Positions 45,309-54,445 of a stretch of DNA of 64,000 bases are shown here, piece after piece. Under the pieces are notes generated by a model, which saw nothing but the letters and a program-made list of their open reading frames with translations, made no database searches and was not told the origin of the DNA. The stretch is taken from assembly GCA_028718605.1 (NCBI GenBank), contig JAQULM010000002.1, forward strand, positions 193,776 through 257,775, given 5' to 3'. The DNA comes from Patescibacteria group bacterium. Lineage in GTDB: Bacteria > Patescibacteriota > Patescibacteriia > UBA10025 > JAHIVO01. Numbering within the stretch: position 1 is the first letter of the stretch; every line of letters starts with the position of its first letter. The translations under genes and the position numbers were made by a program.

Positions 45309-46607
45309 CTACCCTTTCGCCATCTCCTTGCACGCTGCGAATATATTATCAAAAATGCGCTGGAGTTTTTCGCGCGCAACGGAGGAATAGGCGATACGCA
45401 ATAGGTTGCCGATCGCGATGACGCCGGTGCTGTGCTTCTCGATCAGGCGTTTCCGCACGTTCTCGGCATTCAGGCGGTCCGTCAGTTGGACGCACATGAA
45501 ATAGCCGGAATTATACGGCAATGGCTTGAAATACTCTATGTACTCAGGATGATGCTCCACGATCTTTTTAATCTCCTGGTACCGGCTGTAGAGTGCCGCG
45601 CGCTTTTCAGCCTTTTCCTGCCCATAGGTGGGGGATGAAAATGCGTTCAGCAGCAAGCCCTGTGATATATTCGGAGCATTCGATATCGTTGCCCGGACTG
45701 CACCGGCTGCCTTGTCCTCCAGCGCGCCGTAGAGCTCTTTGGCGCCGCCTTTGCATCCGAACGTCACGAAGCCGACACGGAACCCCCACACGTAATCCTC
45801 CTTGGTACAGCCGTCTGCCTTGACCGCAAGCAGCTGCTCGCTCGCTTCCGCCAGCTTCCCGAAAAGCGACTCGGCGTAAACGCCATCTTCAAAAACGAGC
45901 CCAAAGTACGCATCATCGCATACGACGACCAACGGATGGTGGACGGCGTGCAGCGTGAGTGTTTCGATGATCTGGTTCGCTTCGGCAGTTGTCGGCGAAT
46001 ACCCGGTCGGATTGTTCGGAAAATTCAGCACGACAACCGTCGGCGCAGCGCTGTGCTGTAATGTTTCCCGCAAGCCCTCAATGTTAAACCGTCCATCGTG
46101 GAACAGCGGGAAGGTAACGATCTCAGCGCCGTACGAAACCCCGAACGTCAACTTGTAATTGCCCCAAAACGGCTCAGGGATGACAACGCGTATGCCCGGC
46201 TCCATGAATAAATACCCGACAATGCTCAATCCATGCGTCAGGGCTGACGTAACAATGGGAATACTGGTTTCAGAAACGATCGACGGATTTTTCTGGCGTA
46301 CCTGCGCCTGCCATAATTCACGGAGTTTTTTATTGCCGAAGCTCGGCGCGTACGGGAATGCAGAATCCTTACCGATCGTGAGCTGCTTGGAAATTGAATC
46401 GAGCGCCATGATCGAACCGTCATCCTCGCACGCCATGCCGATCGTCGCATTCAGCTCCGCGCCTTTCGCCTCCGCAGTCTGGCCGAGTATCCCCTCGTGC
46501 GGAAAATACACAAGCCGTCCGCGTTCTGATAGCATGCCAAAAATGGCTCGATTCCAATTCGAGATAACAGCATTGAGGCGTTCTGCTGGTGGGGTCGGTA
46601 TACCCAT
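45309..46607 (-). CDS. class I/II pyridoxal-phosphate-dependent aminotransferase
   Basis: 432 aa. NFPNNPTGY motif and PLP-lysine region (T-K-E-D-Y-V-W-G-F-R-V-G-F). Confidence 0.8.
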   Translation of the reverse strand: MGIPTPPAERLNAVISNWNRAIFGMLSERGRLVYFPHEGILGQTAEAKGAELNATIGMACEDDGSIMALDSISKQLTIGKDSAFPYAPSFGNKKLRELWQAQVRQKNPSIVSETSIPIVTSALTHGLSIVGYLFMEPGIRVVIPEPFWGNYKLTFGVSYGAEIVTFPLFHDGRFNIEGLRETLQHSAAPTVVVLNFPNNPTGYSPTTAEANQIIETLTLHAVHHPLVVVCDDAYFGLVFEDGVYAESLFGKLAEASEQLLAVKADGCTKEDYVWGFRVGFVTFGCKGGAKELYGALEDKAAGAVRATISNAPNISQGLLLNAFSSPTYGQEKAEKRAALYSRYQEIKKIVEHHPEYIEYFKPLPYNSGYFMCVQLTDRLNAENVRKRLIEKHSTGVIAIGNLLRIAYSSVAREKLQRIFDNIFAACKEMAKG

Positions 46608-46945
46608 GCTTTTTTCCGCAAATAGTAAACCTATTCCAAATGCAAAAAACAGCCTTGTAACTTCAGTCTATCGTTATGGCAGGAAAAAATCAAGGCACTG
46701 TCCAACTCAATTGTTCGCTCAAGCTCATTTGCCCTCGACCCCACTCCGCAAACTTCGTTTGCTGCGCGGGGCAGGCAGGAATCGGTCACCAGTCGCGCTT
46801 CGCGCGCTCGCGACCCCGCCCCCGCCTGCCGAAGGCCCGTCCGGCGGGCAGGTCGCATCACCTTCGGTGACATGCTCCGGCTTTCGATTCCCGACAAAAG
46901 CAAAACTGTTTGCTTTCTTCTCGGTCAAATTCTCTAAAGCTCATC

Positions 46946-47017
46946 TGCCCTCGACAGGAATCGAACCTGTATTTCCGGCTCCGGAGGCTGGCGTCCTATC
47001 CATTGAACGACGAGGGC
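46946..47017 (-). tRNA. tRNA-Arg (anticodon CCG)
   Basis: Minus strand: GCCCTCG-TC-GTTC-AATGGATA-GGAC-G-CCAGC-CUCCGGA-GCCGG-AAAT-ACAGG-TTCGATT-CCTGT-CGAGGGC-A. Cloverleaf with 7-bp acceptor, T-loop TTCGATT, anticodon loop CU-CCG-GA, one A-C mismatch in the anticodon stem. CCA not encoded. Confidence 0.85.
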
Positions 47018-47026
47018 AAGGCAACC

Positions 47027-47740
47027 TTACGTTTTTTTCAAGAACTTTGACAGCCGTGCGATATCTGATGGATTCCCAAAATCCATCCAGTAGTTCGAAA
47101 GCTCTATGACCTTCATTTTTCGCTCAGCCGCAAGAAGTGTAATAGCGTCAGTAATTTCATACTCGCCCCGCGGCGAGAGCGTGATCCGGTCAATCGCCGG
47201 GAAAATATCAGGCGTGAATTTATAAATGCTTACATTCGCAAGATCGCTCACAAACGTCTGGGGCTTCTCAACGATCCGCTCAAGGTGCCCAGCGGAATCC
47301 GTAACAAGCACGCCCATGCGCTCCGGGTGGTCGGTCTTCGTTGCACCGACGTATGAATACTGGTCATCGCGCATGAATTGCTTGATGTCATCTGTAGCGT
47401 AGAAATTATCCCCCGCTACGGAGAGAAATTGCTCGGCACCAATGATGTCCCGCATAAGCTTCACGGGCAACGCCGTGCCGTATACGCCCTCGCCCAACAC
47501 TGCGAACTGGTTGATAACCCGGATCGGGCACGAATAGGTACGGGCGAACTCCTCGATAAACTCCGCCTGGTAACCCGCGACGATAAAAAACTTTTGCAAG
47601 CCCGCGGCGCGCAAATTTTCAAGCAGGTACCACAGGAACGGCTTGCCGTTCACATGAATCATGTGCTTCGGCTTGTTCTTGGCGAGGTGCTTCATGCGCG
47701 TCCCCCGTCCTGCAGCTGAAATGACGACCGTCGAGATCAT
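47027..47740 (-). CDS. sugar-phosphate nucleotidyltransferase (RmlA/GalU-like NTP-transferase fold)
   Basis: The track start is a TTG at 47755. ATG at 47740 gives MISTVVISAAGRGTRMKHL (G-x-G-T-R-hydrophobic motif). Confidence 0.8.
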   Translation of the reverse strand: MISTVVISAAGRGTRMKHLAKNKPKHMIHVNGKPFLWYLLENLRAAGLQKFFIVAGYQAEFIEEFARTYSCPIRVINQFAVLGEGVYGTALPVKLMRDIIGAEQFLSVAGDNFYATDDIKQFMRDDQYSYVGATKTDHPERMGVLVTDSAGHLERIVEKPQTFVSDLANVSIYKFTPDIFPAIDRITLSPRGEYEITDAITLLAAERKMKVIELSNYWMDFGNPSDIARLSKFLKKT

Positions 47741-47776
47741 AGTGGCTATCCGCAAACGATCAGGATAATCAATGAT

Positions 47777-48814
47777 TTACGAGCCCGACCGCACGGTGCG
47801 GGCGATTGAATACAGTGTATACCACGGTTTTCGCAAAATCAAATCATACGCCCCGAGGTAGGAAACGCCATGCCCGCCGAAGCCTTTCTTGAACCGTGTG
47901 ATGCCCCCCCAGTCTTCCGTGCCGCGGACCGGATCGGTTTCCGGGGCAACACCCCAAAAATCGTACTGCCGGAACCCGAGTTTCTTCGCGTGCTCGATCT
48001 GGTTCCACTGCAGGAGGTGAGGCGCCATAACGTTACGGTGCTCATTGGCGGACGCGCCGTGCAGGTAGGTTGCCGTGTCACCAAACAGGGCGACAAGGTT
48101 GCACGCAATCGCCGTCCCATTATGCTCTGCGATGAATAATTTCAATACCCCTGCGGGCGCCAGAACGGACTGCATCGCGCGGTAGTGCTCGGGAGAATGC
48201 GACACAAACCTATCGCGAATGCTCGTCTGGTCATTGAGTTTCAAGAATTTCTCAAGATCTTCTGCGCTTTCCGAGCAGCGGACAGTGACCCCGTGCTTCT
48301 GCGCGAGCCGGATATTGTACCGCGTCTTCGGGTGCATCCCCCGCTGCAGCTCGCTTCCGGATTTTGTGAGGTCCAGGAGCCACGTATCCTGTGGCTGGAC
48401 AAAAGCGGCATGCCGGGGATTGAAGGTACTCGATGCGGTGTCAAAGACAGCCCTGCTCTGTTTTTCTATCGGCGGCTCGATCTTCACGAACATAGCCCCG
48501 CGCTGCCGCGCATGTTCAACCACTGCCGCGACCAACGTTCGTAATACTTCCACGTAGCGATCCACGGGCAGCCGCGCGTCCACCACCGGCCCGCGCGGGC
48601 AGTACAAATACGTCCTGCCAAACGCAACGCTCCGGAGGATACATTGAACCGTACCAAGAAGTTTCCCGTGGTCCTCAACGCCAATGCGTCTGATTCCGCG
48701 CCCCATCCGCTCCTGAAACATTCCCCACTGCCAGGACTGTAAAAACTGGGCGCTTCCCTGAGTGCCCACAAATTCATTGAACACTTGCTCGCTCGTGATT
48801 TCTTTGACTTCCAT
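47777..48814 (-). CDS. FemAB-family peptidoglycan interpeptide-bridge aminoacyltransferase
   Basis: 345 aa. FemAB-like bipartite GNAT architecture; ...KTRYNIRLAQKHGVTV... and C-terminal ...FKKGFGG... are typical. Confidence 0.7.
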   Translation of the reverse strand: MEVKEITSEQVFNEFVGTQGSAQFLQSWQWGMFQERMGRGIRRIGVEDHGKLLGTVQCILRSVAFGRTYLYCPRGPVVDARLPVDRYVEVLRTLVAAVVEHARQRGAMFVKIEPPIEKQSRAVFDTASSTFNPRHAAFVQPQDTWLLDLTKSGSELQRGMHPKTRYNIRLAQKHGVTVRCSESAEDLEKFLKLNDQTSIRDRFVSHSPEHYRAMQSVLAPAGVLKLFIAEHNGTAIACNLVALFGDTATYLHGASANEHRNVMAPHLLQWNQIEHAKKLGFRQYDFWGVAPETDPVRGTEDWGGITRFKKGFGGHGVSYLGAYDLILRKPWYTLYSIARTVRSGS

Positions 48815-48817
48815 GGC

Positions 48818-49402
48818 CTAGTGTTTTTTGCCGAGAATTTTGAGCGCTGCCTTGAGGCGGTCCTCAACATTCGCGATACGCTGGTCAATGGACCGGACCG
48901 CGTGCCGCGCCTGCCTTCCTGTGTACCCGAGCCCGGTGAGAGCGTCAATAACATCGCTGTCTGCTGTTGCACCGCTCACCGCTTCACCGTCTACCGTAAT
49001 GCCCTCCCCGACTTTGCCGCGGAGTTCAAGAACCAAGCGCTCTGCCGTTTTCCTGCCAATGCCGGAAACCTTGGTCAGGAGCGCCGTATCACCCTGTGCA
49101 ATCGCGCGCTTCAGCTCCCCGACCGGCGCCAGCGACATGATCGTGAGCGCGGTCTTGGGCCCGATGCCGGTAACGCCAATGAGTTGCTCAAAAAACGACA
49201 ATTCCTCTACAGCACCAAACCCATACAGGTCGTGGATGTCCTCGCGCACGTATTCGTGCGTGTGTAATATGACAGTGCCGGCGATCTTCAACTTCCCTAA
49301 AAACGCCGGCGTACTGTACACACGATATCCGACTCCGTGTACATCGACGATCACCGAGCGTTCTGCAATTACCTGAATAGTTCCTTCAATGCGTGCGATC
49401 AT
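48818..49402 (-). CDS. ruvA: Holliday junction branch-migration complex subunit RuvA
   Basis: 194 aa. N-terminus MIARIEGTI...DVHGVGYRV, HhH motifs LIGVTGIGPKTA / KVSGIGRKTAERL. Confidence 0.95.
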   Translation of the reverse strand: MIARIEGTIQVIAERSVIVDVHGVGYRVYSTPAFLGKLKIAGTVILHTHEYVREDIHDLYGFGAVEELSFFEQLIGVTGIGPKTALTIMSLAPVGELKRAIAQGDTALLTKVSGIGRKTAERLVLELRGKVGEGITVDGEAVSGATADSDVIDALTGLGYTGRQARHAVRSIDQRIANVEDRLKAALKILGKKH

Positions 49403-49528
49403 AGTGAAGTCAGTATATCAAAAAAAATGGCTAAAATAAACGGGGGGCGCGTGCGGACGCGTCCCCCTCGGAACAATCTTAGAATACGGTGCTAGCACCC
49501 GGCTAGAGAGCAATTAGCTGCTGTGCCC

Positions 49529-50470
49529 TCAGCCTTCGGCCTTCTTCTCACCTTCGGGCGGAACGGCGGTATCGGTCTCATCAACCTTCACGGGTTCGGC
49601 AGCAACGGCATCGGCCGGCCCTACGATCTTCACGTTGACCACCACTTCGCACGAATCCGAACCGACGCTGTTGGTGGCGCATACGGTGAGCGTCACCGTA
49701 CCGGCTTCGGAAACTTTGAACGTCAGTTTGTCGTCGGCCCACGCACCGCCGAAAGCTCCTTCGACGGACACGTCGATAATCTCGCCCTGGATCGGCAATG
49801 CTACGGTGACGATACCGGCAACCGGAATCGTCGTTTCGATCGGCCCATCCGGCTTGGTGATGGCCGGCGCAACCGCCGCTTTGACGGCTTCTTCCGGCGG
49901 GGCTTCGTCAACCTTCGCGGTCACGGCGGTCTGGTCAGTCGTCTCGGCGGATCCGACACCATCGCCGTCATTCTCGAGAATGGCCTGGGCTGCGGCGGCA
50001 TCTTCGGGCGTGATCGGCGCTTCGATCGCGACATCGATTCGCACCATCTCGGTGGTCTCCTTATTGCCGTTCTTCGCGGTAACCTCGATCGTGTACACGC
50101 CCGCCTCGGTGACGATGAAGAACAGACTTCCGTCGGCCCACCACGTGTTTTCGGCGTTGGTGGTCACGTCAATCGAATCATCGATGGCCAGCTTAACGCT
50201 GGTCTCGCCGGGCCCCTTGACTGTGAGCGGAATCGGCTCATCCGGAACGTGGATGACCGGTTGCGCAACCTTTTCGGGCTCGGCCGCCGCGGTTTCGTCC
50301 ACTTCGATTACGAAATCACCGGACAGCACCCGCCGTATGACCGGTTTCGCCAGATCAGCAGCCGCTAAAGCGGCTACGCTACTGTCGCAGTCCGGAAAAA
50401 CCTTCCGAACTACCTCAGCGGCCGCGTCTAATGCAAGACGCATCGATTCCTTCAATTCCACAATCTTCAT
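49529..50470 (-). CDS. hypothetical protein with two tandem Ig-like (Big/PKD-like) beta-sandwich repeats and acidic linkers
   Basis: 313 aa. GGAGGAG RBS. Repeats ...VTEAGVYTIEVTAKNGNKETTEMVRIDV... and ...VSEAGTVTLTVCATNSVGSDSCEVVVNV.... No N-terminal signal peptide recognised. Confidence 0.6.
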   Translation of the reverse strand: MKIVELKESMRLALDAAAEVVRKVFPDCDSSVAALAAADLAKPVIRRVLSGDFVIEVDETAAAEPEKVAQPVIHVPDEPIPLTVKGPGETSVKLAIDDSIDVTTNAENTWWADGSLFFIVTEAGVYTIEVTAKNGNKETTEMVRIDVAIEAPITPEDAAAAQAILENDGDGVGSAETTDQTAVTAKVDEAPPEEAVKAAVAPAITKPDGPIETTIPVAGIVTVALPIQGEIIDVSVEGAFGGAWADDKLTFKVSEAGTVTLTVCATNSVGSDSCEVVVNVKIVGPADAVAAEPVKVDETDTAVPPEGEKKAEG

Positions 50471-50652
50471 CGAGTACTCCTCCTCTGCTCATCCTGAGCA
50501 ATTGATACGGTGCTTGGTTGTACCCTTTCTAAAATAAAAAAAGGGCGGTTTGTGTTGGTATTATTCCCCAATCCTACAGTATCAATCCGATGTGTCAAGG
50601 CTATGATCCAATAAAAAATATAGTTAATAGTAGGATCGATTTGATAGGGGCG

Positions 50653-50729
50653 GGGTCCGGGGGCTTCATTAAGCAACTCCAAACGGTAGTTCGGCAGGAA
50701 TCAGGCAAGCGCATTGAAGCCCCCGGCGG
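50653..50729. repeat. copy 2 of the ~75-nt conserved element, in the divergent region upstream of malQ
   Basis: See copy 1 (42933-43006). Confidence 0.45.
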
Positions 50730-50739
50730 TTCTTTTCTA

Positions 50740-50777
50740 TCACTTTTCTTGACGCCAAGAAAAGTGACATACATAAA
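50740..50777 (+). promoter_or_regulatory. perfect 12-bp inverted repeat (TCACTTTTCTTG-acgc-CAAGAAAAGTGA) overlapping a candidate malQ promoter (-35 TTGACG 50749-54, -10 CATAAA 50772-77)
   Basis: Seen directly, 57-95 nt upstream of the malQ ATG. Operator-like or attenuator-like. Confidence 0.35.
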
Positions 50778-50833
50778 AACTATGATTTCTGCATGTCTGC
50801 GCCAAAGAATCGTTTCTATGCTATCATTGGAAC

Positions 50834-52315
50834 ATGGAACGCGCATCCGGAATTCTTCTGCATATAACGTCGCTCCCGTGCCCGTACGGCACCGGTGATT
50901 TCGGGCCTGAGGCGTATCGCTTCGTTGATTTCCTCCAGTCCGCCGGACAGAAAATCTGGCAGGTTTTGCCGCTGAACAATCCTGACCCTCTTGGGTCGCC
51001 ATACGCCTCTGTTTCATCCGCTGCGCTGAACACCCTGCTCATAAGCCCCGACCAGCTTGTTTCAGACGGATTGCTCCCGAAAAACGCCCTGCCAAAACCA
51101 GCGCCCGTGCAACTGGTAGACTATGGCATGGTAAAATTGCAAAAAACCCTCCTTGTCCAAAAATCCTACAGCCACTTCATGGGCCACGCATCGCAGGAGC
51201 AGAAAAAAAACTTCGCTGCATTCCAACAGGCGCAAGATGGGTGGCTTCCCGACTTTTCGCTGTTCATGGCGCTGAAAGACCACCACGCCAGCAAACCATG
51301 GCACCAGTGGCCGCAGGAGCTCGCGAACCGGCAGCCTGAATCGCTCTCGAAATGGGCAAAAAAATTGGCCCATGAAATTGCAGTGCACGAATACGGCCAG
51401 TGGCTCGCATTCAGCCAGTGGGAACGATTAAAACGGTACACGAACGAACACGGCGTCGTAATTATTGGCGACCTGCCGTTCTTTGTCGGCCGCGACAGCG
51501 TTGACGTTTGGACAAACAAACAACTGTTCCTTATGGGCGCAGATAACAAACCAACGTTTGTTTCGGGAGTCCCGCCGGACTACTTCTCGAAGCGCGGCCA
51601 GCGCTGGGGCGAACCGCAGTACGACTGGGGTGCAATGCAAAAAACCGGCTTTGCGTGGTGGATCGAGCGCTTTCAGCGGCTCCGGCAACTCTACGATATT
51701 ATCCGGCTTGACCACTTCCGGGGCTACCATGCGCTCTGGTATGTCCCCTCCGGCGCGAAAACCGCGCGTATCGGCGAGTGGCGTGATGTGCCTGGCGAAA
51801 AACTTTTCGCGACACTCCTTGCCCAAACAAAAAAACTCCCCTGCATTGCGGAAGACCTCGGTTTCATGACCGACAGCGCCTATGCACTCCGCGATTCCCT
51901 CAAGCTCCCGGGCATGCGCATACTTCTGTTTGCGTTCTCCGGCTATGCCGATAGCCCCCACCTGCCGGAAAATTTCGTTACCAACTGCGTATGCTATACC
52001 GGTTCGCATGATAACGACACGGCCCGCAGCTGGGTAACCAAAACCGGCCGTGCCATCGAACGGCACAACGCCCGCGTGTACACCAGCGCGTCGAATGAGG
52101 AATTTGCGTGGAAACTTATTAAAGCGGGTATGCATTCAAAAGCGGACACGTTCATCGCGCCCATGCAGGACGTTCTCAACCTCGGCGCTGAAGCGCGCAT
52201 GAACAAGCCGTCAACCAAGCGCGGTAACTGGCTGTGGCGGATGCAGCCGAATACACTGACTCAATACCTCTCCGACAAGCTCCGAAAATTGACTGAATCG
52301 GCTGGGCGCGGATAA
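50834..52315 (+). CDS. malQ: 4-alpha-glucanotransferase (amylomaltase)
   Basis: 493 aa. GH77 signatures GILLHITSLP, DLPFFV, RLDHFRGY, DLGF. Confidence 0.95.
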   Translation: MERASGILLHITSLPCPYGTGDFGPEAYRFVDFLQSAGQKIWQVLPLNNPDPLGSPYASVSSAALNTLLISPDQLVSDGLLPKNALPKPAPVQLVDYGMVKLQKTLLVQKSYSHFMGHASQEQKKNFAAFQQAQDGWLPDFSLFMALKDHHASKPWHQWPQELANRQPESLSKWAKKLAHEIAVHEYGQWLAFSQWERLKRYTNEHGVVIIGDLPFFVGRDSVDVWTNKQLFLMGADNKPTFVSGVPPDYFSKRGQRWGEPQYDWGAMQKTGFAWWIERFQRLRQLYDIIRLDHFRGYHALWYVPSGAKTARIGEWRDVPGEKLFATLLAQTKKLPCIAEDLGFMTDSAYALRDSLKLPGMRILLFAFSGYADSPHLPENFVTNCVCYTGSHDNDTARSWVTKTGRAIERHNARVYTSASNEEFAWKLIKAGMHSKADTFIAPMQDVLNLGAEARMNKPSTKRGNWLWRMQPNTLTQYLSDKLRKLTESAGRG

Positions 52316-52383
52316 AAAAACGGAGCCGCCCAGAAAACCAAGCGACTCCATTATTCGGTTTCTTGCCGTCCGTGCCTGTTTTG

Positions 52384-52848
52384 TTAAACAAGCTCGTCGG
52401 TAAGGCGCACAGGAATGGCAGTATCGACGGTTGCGTAACCACTCCCAAACCTGAACTCGTTGCCACGGAACATGATGTACACTTGCTCGCGGCTCAAGCC
52501 GACCTCGACGCCAGAAGCCTCGAACTTCTCGAACTCACACAACTTCCGCCCCTCGACATACAGGGTCGGGTAATTGTCGTGGTCAGTCTGTTCCCTGATC
52601 CCGTTGTCAAAAACGACGGTGACGTCTTCGACCGCGAACCGGGGCCGTCGGGCTTCCAGGGATTCCGGATAGTACATATTGCACGTGTGTGCAATTGCCT
52701 TCCAAAAAACCGCGAGACTGTCGGCGGTCGGTACGGGGGCACCACGTCCGGTAGCATACCGAATGCAGTCGAAAATGATCGGCCGCAGTGCGCTAATGAT
52801 CAGTTCCGCATCCCATGCGTTGATGCGTACGATGCGCTGTCTATTCAT
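52384..52848 (-). CDS. hypothetical protein (154 aa)
   Basis: The track start is a TTG. The next codon is ATG with AGGAG 6 nt upstream. No recognisable family. Confidence 0.55.
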   Translation of the reverse strand: MNRQRIVRINAWDAELIISALRPIIFDCIRYATGRGAPVPTADSLAVFWKAIAHTCNMYYPESLEARRPRFAVEDVTVVFDNGIREQTDHDNYPTLYVEGRKLCEFEKFEASGVEVGLSREQVYIMFRGNEFRFGSGYATVDTAIPVRLTDELV

Positions 52849-52980
52849 CAATCACTCCTATTGTTTCGAATTCACCAAATCGAGTATCGTTCGCGCCTTC
52901 CGCAATATTAAGAAAGGGCGATGTACAAAACTAGCACATCACCAGTGATATGTCAAGGGTACAATAAGCTAAACGATGGG

Positions 52981-53193
52981 TTACCGCTTCGCAATTTCCG
53001 TGCGCCTCATGTCAGTTTTGGACAAACCATGTGGCCTCTTTAAATCTTCCATCTCCCGCTCCTTCGCCAATTCATCTAAAATTCTTTGGTCTTCCTCTTT
53101 TTTCTCATCTACTTCTCTTGAAACCCGCTCCTGCATTTTGCGAATTTCTCGCTCGGGCATTCCAAATCCTGAAAAATCCCTGCGTTCTGGCAT
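52981..53193 (-). CDS. small highly charged hypothetical protein (70 aa, E/K/R-rich)
   Basis: ATG-initiated ORF in an AT-rich stretch. No SD. Could be a spurious ORF. Confidence 0.3.
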   Translation of the reverse strand: MPERRDFSGFGMPEREIRKMQERVSREVDEKKEEDQRILDELAKEREMEDLKRPHGLSKTDMRRTEIAKR

Positions 53194-53496
53194 AATATTG
53201 GTATTAATAATTACAAACTCCTCGTACCCTCCTCATTGTACCATAAAAATGATATACTGGAGCGGCTCATTTTTTACTGAATGCAATGATGAAATTCAAA
53301 CTCCACTCACCGATCTGACCCACGTGCGAATAAAAAAATACCTTAGTATATACAGCCGAGGCATTTTATTCTTCTCACCCCAAGGCGGGCCGGTGGAGAG
53401 AGTGTCAGTCTACAAATAAATGTATACCAACGACCGACCCGGCCTGGGAAGACAAATCTCTGTTTCACTCCACCAATTACTTGATGAGCTGGAAAA

Positions 53497-53536
53497 GAGA
53501 GAGGAGACAGACAAGCGTGCGGGCCCGTCTGCCTCC
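53497..53536 (-). terminator. 40-nt hairpin (GGAGGCAGAC-GGGCCCGCACGCTT-GTCTGTCTCC, then TCTCTC) 3' of the 224-aa gene; identical copy at 54385-54424
   Basis: A perfect 40/40-nt direct repeat 888 nt apart. Each copy sits immediately 3' of one of two tandem minus-strand genes. Confidence 0.45.
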
Positions 53537-53582
53537 TCGTGAAGCCTGTCGACTGTGCAATCGCAACGCAGCTTCTTTAATG

Positions 53583-54257
53583 CTACCAGTTTACAACGAC
53601 CGGTTGGTCGTTATCCATTCCCCAGACCGCTTCAACGGTGTGGGAGGTTAAGTTTCCACATCCCCATGCCTCGGGGACGCGGATAATCCTTCTCCGTTCA
53701 GCAGGTGCCGAACGGAAAACAATATCCCACCCAGGCTTTTCCGGCGGAGCGGATTGATCAAAGTCGGAGGAGGACTCCTCCTTCTCCGACTTTTCCGGTA
53801 CATACCGGGTTAGACGGAACCCTTCAGACACCTCAATATCGGCTTTCTTCCGATATTGTAATGCCAGTCGAGGTTCATTTTCCTTGTAAAGTAGGGTGGC
53901 ATAGGCCAGCCCCTGATGCCATAACAGCACTAGTTGATCCCCGAGCTCGGGGACGAGCCTGGCGACCATCTGGGCGACTTCCGCTGCCCAGGATCTTGGG
54001 ACTATCGCGGTAATCGCACCGCGATCATCCCAGGCGATCCCTCCGGTCAAGGGGACGATTTCCCCAAGGAGGGTTGCGAGGGACCCTCGCATGGCACTTC
54101 CCCCATCAAGCGATGAGGGATGCCAAGTTAGGCTGGCGCCACCAATAATATGGCGGCACCCATTTGAGTATTGGATCACGGAAATTTCGTCGTGATCACG
54201 TTGTACAAACACTCTATCACCCGAACGTGGGTGATAGACGAATTCAACGTTCATATT
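53583..54257 (-). CDS. hypothetical protein (224 aa)
   Basis: The track ORF extends to 54464. The ATG at 54257 (MNVEFVYHPRSG...) is preceded by GGAGGAAACGTGAAT and avoids overlap with the upstream terminator copy. Confidence 0.55.
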   Translation of the reverse strand, partial: NMNVEFVYHPRSGDRVFVQRDHDEISVIQYSNGCRHIIGGASLTWHPSSLDGGSAMRGSLATLLGEIVPLTGGIAWDDRGAITAIVPRSWAAEVAQMVARLVPELGDQLVLLWHQGLAYATLLYKENEPRLALQYRKKADIEVSEGFRLTRYVPEKSEKEESSSDFDQSAPPEKPGWDIVFRSAPAERRRIIRVPEAWGCGNLTSHTVEAVWGMDNDQPVVVNW

Positions 54258-54384
54258 CACGTTTCCTCCACGCCCACACGGTAAAAACCAGCGGGACTTT
54301 GTTTGTTTTTTCTTCTGCCCGAACCGTTGTGGTCCAAGCTTTTTCCCATGTTTCAATCTGCGAAAGATTTCACAAACTGAAATT

Positions 54385-54424
54385 GAGAGAGGAGACAGAC
54401 AAGCGTGCGGGCCCGTCTGCCTCC
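54385..54424 (-). terminator. second identical copy of the 40-nt hairpin, 3' of the 156-aa gene
   Basis: Identical to 53497-53536. Confidence 0.45.
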
Positions 54425-54445
54425 CCATAAGGCCATCTGGTTGTG

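Noticed and set aside
46740-46820. Possible second (pseudo)tRNA upstream of tRNA-Arg because the acceptor 3' end GTCGAGGGCA is repeated
   Set aside because: No T-arm (GGTTCGATTCC-like) or D-arm could be folded. Only the terminal 10 nt plus flank are copied.
46159-47109. 316-aa + strand ORF
   Set aside because: It overlaps the 5' end of the aminotransferase gene, the tRNA-Arg and the nucleotidyltransferase gene on the opposite strand, and has a low-complexity P/S/A/R-rich translation. Spurious.
42933-50729. The two 75-nt element copies as a DGR template/variable-repeat pair, or as ends of a mobile element
   Set aside because: Differences are not adenine-specific. There is no reverse transcriptase. 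Both copies are intergenic. The 7.7 kb between them is ordinary housekeeping genes (pckA, aminotransferase, tRNA, femAB, ruvA). The copies are direct, not inverted.
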